56,281 bases of DNA from Desulfovibrio sp. OttesenSCG-928-A18. Lineage in GTDB: Bacteria > Desulfobacterota > Desulfovibrionia > Desulfovibrionales > Desulfovibrionaceae. The notes below the pieces were generated by a model that saw only the letters and a list, made by a program, of their open reading frames with translations, did no database searches and was not told the origin of the DNA. How positions within the stretch are numbered: the first letter of the stretch is position 1; each line of letters starts with the position of its first letter. The stretch covers positions 1-56,281 of the forward strand of contig JAJDJN010000001.1 of the NCBI GenBank assembly GCA_030267245.1, in the 5' to 3' direction. Both the position numbers and the translations under genes were made by a program. Of the stretch, positions 18,424 through 27,063 are shown piece by piece.

Positions 18424-18612
18424 ATGAACCGCATAGCCATTCATGATGCCGACGGGGGCAAGTATCCCAATCTCGCGCTGATGAAGCTGGCAGCGTGGCA
18501 CCGTGCCCAAGGTGACGTGATGGAGCGCTTTGTTGCGCTAAACGGCAAACACCCAGGCCGTACCTGGGATGATAACCCCTACGTCTGGGTTATTGAATTT
18601 CAACGCATCTGA
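18424..18612 (+). pseudogene. Chimeric remnant of two phage genes
   Basis: DADGGKYPNLALMKLAAWHRAQGD joined to WDDNPYVWVIEFQRI. Confidence 0.55.
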
Positions 18613-18627
18613 TTTTGCAGGCTGATC

Positions 18628-19068
18628 ATGGCAGAACAACGACAAAAAACGCACCATATTTTGCTCTCCACGGATGGCAAAAACATCACGCTGGAACTTT
18701 TCGACGCCCGTTTGTGGCCGGATAAAAGCAGCGCTGACAACGAATTCCGGGTGCGTATCGACGGCAAGTGGTACAGCCCGGCGGGCAAGTATACCTTTTT
18801 GCCGTATGCCGCAGTCGGGGGCCTAGTTTCCCGCCTGTTGTCCGGCCGGGAGATTTTTGAAGATGATCCCGCCCCGGCATTGCGCGTCAAACAGCGTGTG
18901 CGCGTCCACTTCGGTGATTGCATTGACGGCATCCCGATGCGCTGCACGGGCGGTTTTATCGCAGCGCCACCATACCGTGGCGTTGACGGGCGCTGGTATG
19001 TGGCGGTGTCCGTGTTCGGCGGTACGGAAACGTTTTTGTGCCATGACGTTGAAGCGGCAGGAAGGTGA
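18628..19068 (+). CDS. Hypothetical phage protein
   Basis: 146-aa ORF within the operon. Confidence 0.6.
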   Translation: MAEQRQKTHHILLSTDGKNITLELFDARLWPDKSSADNEFRVRIDGKWYSPAGKYTFLPYAAVGGLVSRLLSGREIFEDDPAPALRVKQRVRVHFGDCIDGIPMRCTGGFIAAPPYRGVDGRWYVAVSVFGGTETFLCHDVEAAGR

Positions 19069-19071
19069 ACT

Positions 19072-20721
19072 ATGGGCATCATCGTAGATCTCTTTGCCGG
19101 CGGCGGCGGAGCATCGCAGGGCATCTTTGAAGCCCTGGGCAGGCATCCGGACGCGGCGGTAAATCATAGCCCGCAGGCCGTGGCCATTCATGCCGCCAAC
19201 CATCCGGATACGGAACACTGGTGCCAGGATGTCTGGTCCGTGGATCCGTCATGGGTGGGCTGTGGCTACCCCGCTGATCTGCTATGGGCATCCCCGGATT
19301 GCACGCACCACTCAAAGGCCAAGGGCGGCCCGCCCCGGCGCGATGAAAGGCGCCGCGATCTGGCCATGGTGATCAGTACCAAGTGGATTCCGGCCCTGAA
19401 GCCGCGCGTCCTGATCCTGGAAAATGTGGAAGAATTCCTGGACTGGGGGCCGTGCGATTGCAACGGCGTACCCATCGAACATGCGAAAGGGGAAAATTTC
19501 CGCGCCTTTGTCAACGCCATCCGCCGCCGCGGCTACAGGGTGCAGTGGCGGGAACTGGTTGCCTGCGATTACGGCGCGCCCACAACACGCAAGCGCCTGC
19601 TACTGATCGCCCGCAACGACGGCCTCCCAATCGTCTGGCCGACACCGACGCACGGCGCGCCGGACAGTCCGGAAGTACTTTCCGGCAGGCTTCTTCCATG
19701 GCGCACGGCGGCGGAGATCATCGACTGGTCCTTGCCCTGCCCGTCAATTTTTGCCAGTTCCCGGGAGATATGGGAACAATACGGGCTGCGCGCCGTGCGG
19801 CCGCTGGCAGATAACACCATGCACCGCATTTTCAAGGGCCTTCAGCGCTATGTGCTGGATGCGGCGGATCCGTTCATCGTCAATAGCGCGGATGCGACCG
19901 CCGCCTTCCTGGCAAAACACTACAGCGGCGTTACGGGGCAGGATTGTCGCTCCCCGATAGGGACAATTACGACCATCGATCACCATTCCCTGGTCACTCC
20001 TTTTCTGGTGGGGGCTGGCGGCCCCAAATACAGTGCTAAGCCTGTTTCGGCTTCCATCCCCCTGGGCACGGTATTACCGGAAAATCATCGTGCCCTGATC
20101 GCCCCCATCTTGACAAGCTACTACGGCCCCAAGGGTGACAACGACTGCCGCGCCCGCCCCTTGACCGGGCAACTGCCCACGCAGACCACGGCAAACCGCT
20201 TTGCTCTGGTGGCGGCCTTCCTGGGGAAATACAACGGGAAAACGGCCGCAGGCTATCCCCTGGGTGCGCCGCTGGATACCTGCACGTCAAAAGATCACTT
20301 TTCCCTGAACAGCGCTTTTTTGGTGAAGTACAACGGCAGCGACCAAGACCCACGTCTTGAAGAACCCTTGCACACAGTAACCACGAAACCCCGTTTCGGA
20401 CTGGTCTCAGTGGCGGTTGCCGGTGAAATATACGCCATCGCGGACATCGGCATGCGCATGCTGACACCCAGGGAACTGCTCCGGGCGCAGGGTTTTCCCG
20501 ATACATACATCATCGACATGGCCGGGGGTAAAAAGGTGCCGAAAGACGCGCAAGTGGCAATGATCGGCAACTCGGTCTGTCCGCCGCTGGCCCGGGCGCT
20601 GGTTGCCGCAAACTATGTGGAAACAAGGCCGGAAGAACTGTGGTCCGCGCGGATGGGGATGCCGCTGTTCAGATATGGGGGTGCGACTGAGCGTATTGCG
20701 GAAAGGAGCGTTGTGCAATGA
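19072..20721 (+). CDS. Orphan C5-cytosine DNA methyltransferase
   Basis: DLFAGGGG, WASPDC, LENV, GAPTTRKR, RMLTPRE, IGNSV. Confidence 0.95.
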   Translation: MGIIVDLFAGGGGASQGIFEALGRHPDAAVNHSPQAVAIHAANHPDTEHWCQDVWSVDPSWVGCGYPADLLWASPDCTHHSKAKGGPPRRDERRRDLAMVISTKWIPALKPRVLILENVEEFLDWGPCDCNGVPIEHAKGENFRAFVNAIRRRGYRVQWRELVACDYGAPTTRKRLLLIARNDGLPIVWPTPTHGAPDSPEVLSGRLLPWRTAAEIIDWSLPCPSIFASSREIWEQYGLRAVRPLADNTMHRIFKGLQRYVLDAADPFIVNSADATAAFLAKHYSGVTGQDCRSPIGTITTIDHHSLVTPFLVGAGGPKYSAKPVSASIPLGTVLPENHRALIAPILTSYYGPKGDNDCRARPLTGQLPTQTTANRFALVAAFLGKYNGKTAAGYPLGAPLDTCTSKDHFSLNSAFLVKYNGSDQDPRLEEPLHTVTTKPRFGLVSVAVAGEIYAIADIGMRMLTPRELLRAQGFPDTYIIDMAGGKKVPKDAQVAMIGNSVCPPLARALVAANYVETRPEELWSARMGMPLFRYGGATERIAERSVVQ

Positions 20722-21206
20722 TCTACACGCGTGGCATTTGCCCTGTCTGCTCCAAACCCTTTGCATGCAAATACCTGAAACGCGGGCAGCTATATTGCAG
20801 CCTGGACTGCCGCCGAGAGCGCGCCCGCCTGGTGCGTGAGGATAGCGCCATAAAGGCGGGCAAGATCAAAGAGAGATCGCAACCCGAAGGACCGGATCTG
20901 AATGAGTTGCTGCGGCGCGTGGAGGAAATAGAAAAAGGCCCGGCTCTGGGCACTTGGTCCACGTGCCAGTGGTGCGGGAGGCCGTTTTCCTCGCGCTATT
21001 CGAGCCAGAAAACATGCTCCATCCAATGTAGGCGAGAACGAAAACGACAAGCGGAAGAAGAGCGCAGGAAGCTACGTCCGCCGAGTGCCCCAAGGGCAAA
21101 GATTACAACGGCTATGGAGTGCCCATTTGCATGCGGCGAGGCGGTCTTGAGAGATGGCTTTGGCTGCGTGGACAAAAGGCAGCCGGATCCGGTGTTGGGG
21201 TTTTGA
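20718..21206 (+). CDS. Zn-finger protein
   Basis: Two CxxC...CSxxC units. Confidence 0.65.
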   Translation: MIYTRGICPVCSKPFACKYLKRGQLYCSLDCRRERARLVREDSAIKAGKIKERSQPEGPDLNELLRRVEEIEKGPALGTWSTCQWCGRPFSSRYSSQKTCSIQCRRERKRQAEEERRKLRPPSAPRAKITTAMECPFACGEAVLRDGFGCVDKRQPDPVLGF

Positions 21207-21394
21207 TGCGCCTCCATCAAGGAAAACCTGTGAATAAAGACGAAAAAATCCGGTACTTGCTTGGCACTATTGGCCGGCTCCTGAAACATCGCCTTGTCGC
21301 CCTCGATGCCGGGTTGCCGGTGGCTCTTCTGGATATTGAAATCAACACCTGTATTAACGCACTCAGGATGATAGAAGGTAAAGAGCATGGCTGA
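21206..21394 (+). CDS. Small hypothetical protein
   Basis: Overlaps neighbouring ORFs on both sides. Confidence 0.5.
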   Translation: MRLHQGKPVNKDEKIRYLLGTIGRLLKHRLVALDAGLPVALLDIEINTCINALRMIEGKEHG

Positions 21395-22262
21395 ATATCG
21401 CACCGTTCGAATGTCTTTTTGGCACGACCCATATATTGAGGAGTTGGACGCCAAGGCCAAGCTTCTCTATCTTTATCTGTTCACCAGCCCCTACACGAAC
21501 AATCTCGGCATACTGGAAGCTACCCGGAAAAAGATCAGCTTTGAAACGGGCCTAACCGTAGGGGAGTTGGATAAAATCCTCTCCGAATTTGAACAGTCCG
21601 GGAAAGTTGTATGCGACCATGACCATAGCCTTATCTTCCTGTGCAATTTTATCAAGCACCAGTGCAAGACCAGCCCAAAGATCATGGCCGGACTCATGGA
21701 ACTTGCTCCGGCGATACCCTCCCCAATCATAGCAAGAGCCATTTGCATACACTATCCAGAGGTTTACGGCGTAAGTGTTCATGATGGTGATACCCTATCG
21801 ATACCCTATGCAGACGGTATGAAGACCGTATCCATACCAACGGGGGAAGTTGGAAGTTGGAAGTTGGAAGTTGGAAGTAAAGAACCTGACGGTTCTTTTG
21901 CCGACGGCAAGCCGTCGCCGCCTCCATGCCCGCATGACGGAATCCGGGAGATGTACCACGAAGCGTTGCCTCAACTCCCACGAACCGTCACGTGGGGCAA
22001 AAACCGGCAAGTCTTGCTCAAGGCTCGATGGCGCGAGACCTGGGAGCGATTGCGAGAAAAGGGCCAAGCGCACGAATTGCAAGATTTGCTGACGTGGTGG
22101 AGGGAGTACTTCGCCAGGGTTCGGGCATCGCCCTTTTTGCTGGGCCAGGTAACGGGCGGTAGGGGCAAGCCGTTCCTTGCCGACCTGGAGTGGCTTATCA
22201 GGCCGGAAAATTACGCCAAGGTCATTGACGGCAGGTACCTCGACCGGAGGACGAGTGCATGA
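21387..22262 (+). CDS. Replication initiator protein
   Basis: FWHDP...KLLYLYLFTSP N-terminus; ADLEWLIRPENYAKVIDGRY C-terminus; upstream of dnaB. Confidence 0.85.
   Translation: MAEYRTVRMSFWHDPYIEELDAKAKLLYLYLFTSPYTNNLGILEATRKKISFETGLTVGELDKILSEFEQSGKVVCDHDHSLIFLCNFIKHQCKTSPKIMAGLMELAPAIPSPIIARAICIHYPEVYGVSVHDGDTLSIPYADGMKTVSIPTGEVGSWKLEVGSKEPDGSFADGKPSPPPCPHDGIREMYHEALPQLPRTVTWGKNRQVLLKARWRETWERLREKGQAHELQDLLTWWREYFARVRASPFLLGQVTGGRGKPFLADLEWLIRPENYAKVIDGRYLDRRTSA
21789..21878. repeat. Intragenic iteron-like repeats, probable phage origin
   Basis: GATACCCTAT x2 (21789, 21800) followed by GGAAGTT about x5 (21845-21878). Confidence 0.65.
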
Positions 22263-23704
22263 GAACAGCGAAAAAGCCGAACCTTTCGCCGGAAGATGAA
22301 GCGATATGCCAGCGCAACGAAAATCGTGTTTCGCTGGAATTGCAACTTGCCGGGAGCATCCTGGCTTTCACTGCCGGGTCAAGGCGCAAGCCGTACCTGG
22401 CCGCAGACGTTCTGGCCGTGTGCCCGCCGGAATATTTTATAAACCCGGATGCAAGGGCGATCATGAACGCCGCGCGTGGGATTGTGGCCGAAGGTGGAGA
22501 TGTGAATCTTGTTTCATGCGCTGAATACATGCACAGGAACTCGCCGGATGGAAAACTGCCGGTTCATCAGGCCTATCTCGCAAAGCTCACCACAGGTGCC
22601 GCCAACCTGATCACCGAGGCGTCAGTGATGCAGGCGGCGAGGATGATCGCGGCGGAATGGGCGAAGGAATCAGCATACGTTGACGCTGGCGGCGCAATGG
22701 AGATGATGCGCAATTTCGGCACTGACGCCGGCATCGCTGCCGAACTGCTATACACGGCGGCCAGAAAGCTTGAATCGCTGGATGTGGCTGATGATACAAG
22801 CCTGGATGCGGCCATAGACGCCTACCTTCCCTTGCTTGCAGCGGAAAAGCAAACTCGGCCGGTGAGGGCTCCATGGAACAGTTTGAACGCAATTTTGCGA
22901 GGGGGGGTTCTGCCTGGAGAATTGACCATCCTCGCTGCCAGGCCGTCAGTAGGAAAATCAGCTTTTGCCCTGAATTGGGCGTGGTCTGTGGCCTGCTCCG
23001 GCAAAGAGGCAGTATTTTTTTCGCTGGAGATGGGCCGGGAGCAACTGCTTGAGAGGCTGGTGTCGAACGCGGAAGGCCTTGACCTTGGCTCTTTTCGATA
23101 TGGGTTGAACGACCAGGAAAAAGCCAGAGCGCAAAAATCCCTTGCCGGGTTACGCGGAAGACCGCTGTATATCGTGGACGACCCGAAAATATCCGTTGCG
23201 GAGGTCCGCCGAAGAACGCGACTCGTTCAGCGTCAGGATAAAAATCTTGGGCTCGTAGTCGTGGATTATCTGCAACTCATGACGCCGGATGATCGTAAGG
23301 CCCAACGCGAGCAACAGGTAGCGTCCATGACCCGGGGATTGAAACTGCTGGCCAAGACGTTAGGGGTTCCGGTGCTGCTTTTGGCCCAACTCAACCGGAA
23401 AGGAGAGGAATCCGGCCGGGATCCAATCCTGTCCGACCTTCGAGAGTCTGGAGCCATAGAGCAAGACGCGGATATCGTGATTTTTTTACATCAGGCCAGG
23501 AAAAGAACATGGCATCCGGACGAGCCGGTGAAGTTTATCGTGGCCAAAGGGCGCAGTTCGGGGGTGGGGAGGGATAGCCTCATCTTCCGGCGTCGATACC
23601 AGCGCTTCGAAGAGTCCAGTGATGCTGTTTTTGCACAGGCGGAACGGGAAGAATATGAACAAGATCATCCCTGGGCCGACAATGGGCAGCCGGGGTTGTT
23701 GTAA
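22259..23704 (+). CDS. dnaB: DnaB-like replicative helicase
   Basis: AARPSVGKS, FSLEM, VVDYLQL, AQLNR, DLRESGAIEQDAD. Confidence 0.95.
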   Translation: MRTAKKPNLSPEDEAICQRNENRVSLELQLAGSILAFTAGSRRKPYLAADVLAVCPPEYFINPDARAIMNAARGIVAEGGDVNLVSCAEYMHRNSPDGKLPVHQAYLAKLTTGAANLITEASVMQAARMIAAEWAKESAYVDAGGAMEMMRNFGTDAGIAAELLYTAARKLESLDVADDTSLDAAIDAYLPLLAAEKQTRPVRAPWNSLNAILRGGVLPGELTILAARPSVGKSAFALNWAWSVACSGKEAVFFSLEMGREQLLERLVSNAEGLDLGSFRYGLNDQEKARAQKSLAGLRGRPLYIVDDPKISVAEVRRRTRLVQRQDKNLGLVVVDYLQLMTPDDRKAQREQQVASMTRGLKLLAKTLGVPVLLLAQLNRKGEESGRDPILSDLRESGAIEQDADIVIFLHQARKRTWHPDEPVKFIVAKGRSSGVGRDSLIFRRRYQRFEESSDAVFAQAEREEYEQDHPWADNGQPGLL

Positions 23705-23737
23705 ATATTGCCCATGCTGGAAATGTCCGGAGGTGCA

Positions 23738-24262
23738 ATGGTCATAAAATGGACCGAAGCAGATCTTGTCGCGCACTATGCCCGCAAAGGCATTGACGAC
23801 GTGTGCGATGCCATGGGCAAAAGAGCGCAAAGGCGTCAAGCCAGGACCGAAAAACGGCGATACGAGCATGAGGAACAGGTAGCTCTTGTCGCCCGCTGTC
23901 GGGAAATGGAGAACCAGTATCCGGAGTTGACCCTCCTGTACGCGGTTCCAAACGGCGGGCACCGTCATGTGGCTGTAGCCGCAAAACTCAAGGCCGAAGG
24001 AGTCAAGGCCGGAGTTCCGGATCTGTTCCTGCCGGTTCCTCGGAACCCGTTTCATGGCTTGTACATCGAACTCAAGGCCGCATGGGGAACCGTTTCCGAT
24101 AGCCAGCGGCGCATGTTGCGCGCCCTGGAAAAGCAAGGGTATGCCTGCGTTGTGGCTTATGGCTGGATTGCGGCATGGGAAGAGATAGAGGCCTATCTGA
24201 AAAATGCATATGTGGTGCCATTGTCGGAGATCTTCGGCTGGGCACAGGAGGATGAAGAATGA
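23738..24262 (+). CDS. VRR-NUC domain nuclease
   Basis: AVPNGG...GVKAGVPDL...LYIELK...Q. Confidence 0.88.
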   Translation: MVIKWTEADLVAHYARKGIDDVCDAMGKRAQRRQARTEKRRYEHEEQVALVARCREMENQYPELTLLYAVPNGGHRHVAVAAKLKAEGVKAGVPDLFLPVPRNPFHGLYIELKAAWGTVSDSQRRMLRALEKQGYACVVAYGWIAAWEEIEAYLKNAYVVPLSEIFGWAQEDEE

Positions 24263-24558
24263 CCATCAGTAATCAGCCGGAAGAAATAAGACATGATCAC
24301 CCTTTCGGTATGCGCCTGGATTTTTTCCTGACAGTGCAGAGCAACACCATCCGTGCAAGAGACAAGCATCCTGACTTCACCGACTGCCGGTTCAAACTTC
24401 TGGCCCTCTTGGCTGAAGAGTTGGGAGAGGCGGCTAGGGCGGCCTATGAGGGAGACCCTGAAGGATTCCGTAGGGAGCTGGTTGATATGGTATCACTGAT
24501 ACAGCGGAACTTTGAAGGGGACATGAAGCAAGGAGCAAATATATGCGGCGATATCTGA
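24259..24558 (+). CDS. MazG-like nucleotide pyrophosphohydrolase
   Basis: LAEELGEAA...RELVD. Confidence 0.65.
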   Translation: MTISNQPEEIRHDHPFGMRLDFFLTVQSNTIRARDKHPDFTDCRFKLLALLAEELGEAARAAYEGDPEGFRRELVDMVSLIQRNFEGDMKQGANICGDI

Positions 24559-25037
24559 TCGGCCTGTGTGTTTTTATGGTTTTTGGATGGACGCATGCCG
24601 CCCTGGCCTGGCCTGCCCGTGTGGTGCATGTGTCTGACGGTGATACCGTGCACGTGGAGCCCATCAAGGGCGGCAAGCGCATCAAGGTGCGGCTGTACGG
24701 TGTTGACTGCCCGGAGTCCAGGCAGCCATACGGTCAGGCCGCTACGGGGTTTGTGAGCGATCTGGCGCTGTTCAAGATCGTGGACGTGCAACCGTATGAC
24801 ACGGACCGCTACGGGCGCACTGTGGCTGTGCTGGCCATAGGCGAAAGCACGGCTCAAGACGCGCTGCTTGATGCCGGGTTGGCATGGGTTTATACGCGGT
24901 ATTGCAAGATCCCGCAGTGTGCGGCGTGGAAAGACAAGGAAAAGGCGGCAGCGCGGGCTAGGCGGGGGTTGTGGCGGGACTTGGATGGGGCGAGTAAGCC
25001 CGTGGCACCGTGGACATGGAGATCAAGGGGGCGGTAG
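24543..25037 (+). CDS. Exported thermonuclease (SNase family), copy 2
   Basis: Signal peptide; VSDGDT, VRLYGVDCPE, DRYGRTVA. Confidence 0.9.
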   Translation: MRRYLIGLCVFMVFGWTHAALAWPARVVHVSDGDTVHVEPIKGGKRIKVRLYGVDCPESRQPYGQAATGFVSDLALFKIVDVQPYDTDRYGRTVAVLAIGESTAQDALLDAGLAWVYTRYCKIPQCAAWKDKEKAAARARRGLWRDLDGASKPVAPWTWRSRGR

Positions 25038-25237
25038 TGGGCAGCAAAGTTCCCCACCGCCTGACTCTGTGCCCCAAGTGCAAGCGGCGCAGGCTGTCGT
25101 CCGATAAAGATGTGTACGTCGACGGCCGGGGGTATGCCTTCAGGCGGCGGCAGTGCCCGAAGTGCGGGGATATCTACTCGAAGCAGGCGCCGGAAGAATT
25201 CACGGGGCCCTTTGAGGGTGAGGCGTGTCGGCATTAG
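25016..25237 (+). CDS. Zn-ribbon protein, possible late-gene activator
   Basis: CPKC...RRRQCPKCG at the end of the early right operon. Confidence 0.55.
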   Translation: MEIKGAVVGSKVPHRLTLCPKCKRRRLSSDKDVYVDGRGYAFRRRQCPKCGDIYSKQAPEEFTGPFEGEACRH

Positions 25238-25760
25238 GCCTCGACGGTGTTTTCTCCGGCACCGGATGCCGCCGTGCCTGATCGTATTCCCTCTGGCGCT
25301 TTTTGCGCCATTCCGGGCGGCAGTCCGGGCAGACTATGGCCGGGCCATGCTTTACAAACTCTTTGCCGCATCCGGGAACGGGGCAGGGGGTTAGTCTGGG
25401 CGTTTTCTGGGCGCGGCGGCTGTTGCGCGCCGGGTTGATTTCTTCCCGGTTTGCCATGTACCACTCCAGGCCTTGCTCCGCGTCATTTTCCAGGATCACG
25501 CAAGGGGCGCATTCCGGACAATAGCGCTGGTTTCCGCCTTTTACTTCATACTCGCGCCCGCAGATGGGGCAAATGTCGGGTTCGCCTATTGTCCTGGCCA
25601 GACCTTGGCGCTTTCTCCGCAGATGCCTGCGGCCGGCAGCGCGCCTGCGTTCCTCCCGGCAGTAAGGGCAAAACCATGCGCGCGGGCCGCCCATGAAGGG
25701 CCGCCCGCAGCCGCCTTTGTCCGGGCGGCAGATGCGGGGGCGAAGGTTTTGTGAGGTCAT
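25200..25760 (-). CDS. Multi-CxxC Zn-finger protein
   Basis: CGRPFMGGPRAWFCPYC, CPICG...YCPEC, CPDC; ATGA overlap with the upstream gene. Confidence 0.7.
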   Translation of the reverse strand: MTSQNLRPRICRPDKGGCGRPFMGGPRAWFCPYCREERRRAAGRRHLRRKRQGLARTIGEPDICPICGREYEVKGGNQRYCPECAPCVILENDAEQGLEWYMANREEINPARNSRRAQKTPRLTPCPVPGCGKEFVKHGPAIVCPDCRPEWRKKRQREYDQARRHPVPEKTPSRPNADTPHPQRAP

Positions 25761-26467
25761 TCGCCTGCCTCGTTGTTTTTTTGGGGGCACTTGCGTATCC
25801 CCCTTTTTTTCGCCTGAAAGCGTACAGTCGCCACGGTGCACCCAAGCTCTGCGGCGATTTCCTTGTAGGGGCGGGAGAAATCAACGGCGTCCCATTTTTC
25901 TATAGGCGTAACCGTTCTTGGCACCTTGCGCCGTTTTCTTATTCCCCTTTTTATAGCATGGCTTGAAACTATCTCCGCAGTGCACCCTAGTTCAGCCGCT
26001 ATTTCGCCGTAGGGGCGGGAAAAATCAACGGCGTCCCAGTGTTTTTCTGGTAAATTTGTCCTTGCCGCCTTGCGCCGTTTCCGTATTCCCCTTTTCCGGG
26101 CTTGCGCGTTGACTGTTGCGATAGTGGCACCAGTCTGCGCAACGATATCGCTATATGGCTGTGAAAAATCTACAGCATCCCATTCAGCGGGGGAGATTTC
26201 CGGTTGGCGTGCGCGGATTAATTTTTGTATCCCCCTTTTTTTCGCCTGATGGCTGACAGCGGACGCGGTGCACTGCAGTTCATCCGCAATATCCTGGTAG
26301 GGGCGGGAGAAGTCAACAGTGTCCCATTTTTCTATGCGCCGTTTTCTTATCCCTGTCCCCCTTTTATTCGCCTGAAGACTGACAGCTGCCACAGTGCACC
26401 CAAGCTCTGCGGCGATTTCCTTGTAGGGGCGGGAGAAATCAACGGCGTCCCAGTTACGTTTCACCAT
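25757..26467 (-). CDS. Protein with five tandem HTH-like repeats
   Basis: WDAVDFSRPYKEIAAELGCTVAAV...AKKRGI x5; repeats 1 and 5 share 59 identical bp. Confidence 0.8.
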   Translation of the reverse strand: MVKRNWDAVDFSRPYKEIAAELGCTVAAVSLQANKRGTGIRKRRIEKWDTVDFSRPYQDIADELQCTASAVSHQAKKRGIQKLIRARQPEISPAEWDAVDFSQPYSDIVAQTGATIATVNAQARKRGIRKRRKAARTNLPEKHWDAVDFSRPYGEIAAELGCTAEIVSSHAIKRGIRKRRKVPRTVTPIEKWDAVDFSRPYKEIAAELGCTVATVRFQAKKRGIRKCPQKNNEAGE

Positions 26468-26675
26468 ATTCTTGTCCTGTCAGCAGTGATTTTGCCAGGA
26501 TCAGCACTGCGCCCTGTATGGGGTGAATGCCGCGTTCCAGCTTTGATATCTGCTGGCGGCTCAGGCCCAAGGCAGCTGCGGCCTGTTCCTGGCTCCAACC
26601 CCGCTCCCGGCGCAGGCGGGCCAGGATATTATCGCTGGCCGGGGCCTGCAGGGGTCGACCCATACGCTTTTTCAT
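26454..26675 (-). CDS. XRE-HTH regulator (Aca-like)
   Basis: LARLRRERGWSQEQAAAALGLSRQQISKLERG. Confidence 0.85.
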   Translation of the reverse strand: MKKRMGRPLQAPASDNILARLRRERGWSQEQAAAALGLSRQQISKLERGIHPIQGAVLILAKSLLTGQEYGET

Positions 26676-26685
26676 GTCTTACCTG

Positions 26686-26714
26686 TGGACTTTTTTGGCG
26701 GGCGGCGGTATGTT
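26686..26714 (+). promoter_or_regulatory. Sigma70-like promoter for the repeat-containing sRNA
   Basis: TGGACT-N17-TATGTT; the expected start falls at about G26721, the first base of the repeat. Confidence 0.6.
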
Positions 26715-26720
26715 TAAACC

Positions 26721-26747
26721 GTCGCCCGCAGTGGCGTGGATTGAAAC
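26721..26747 (+). CRISPR. Solitary shortened type I-C CRISPR repeat (no array, no cas genes in window)
   Basis: GTCGCCCGCAGTGGCGTGGATTGAAAC: GTCGC start, CGCC/GGCG hairpin, GCGTGGATTGAAAC end typical of I-C repeats. Confidence 0.75.
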
Positions 26748-26777
26748 AACGCGATTAGCGTTATGGCCGTAGGCCAG

Positions 26778-26810
26778 AAAGACCCGTCCTTACCCGATGG
26801 GTCTTTTTTT
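26778..26810. terminator. Terminator hairpin, strongest on the plus strand and possibly bidirectional
   Basis: AAAGACCC...GGGTCTTT with a T7 tract after GGGTC. Confidence 0.7.
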
Positions 26811-27012
26811 ATGGGGCTTGCAGGTATACGGTGTTCTCAGTTTCATACAGTTCGCCATTGCCGGTGGCATAGGCGCACATGTAATCGTTAAATCCGTATA
26901 CTTCCGCGTACAGCGCTTCGCAAGCGGCGTTGTCGTTGCCGGTTATTACGGCAACGATGGGGGCGGGGTTGTTGTGGTCCACTTCGGCGTTTTCAAAGAC
27001 GTACAGGGTCAT
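26809..27012 (-). CDS. Small acidic protein, anti-CRISPR candidate
   Basis: 67 aa with 10 D/E and no K/R; RBS AAGGAG; strong upstream promoter. Confidence 0.7.
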   Translation of the reverse strand: MTLYVFENAEVDHNNPAPIVAVITGNDNAACEALYAEVYGFNDYMCAYATGNGELYETENTVYLQAP

Positions 27013-27063
27013 GGTGCTTCTCCTTTTTTCGATTGCGGGTTATTCCGTTGCGTCGTTGATTTA

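Noticed and set aside
26748-26780. Spacer self-target within the window (promoter near 27070; 10-nt match near 52892)
   Set aside because: Matches found by eye are short and lack a convincing seed plus TTC PAM; a proper search is still needed.
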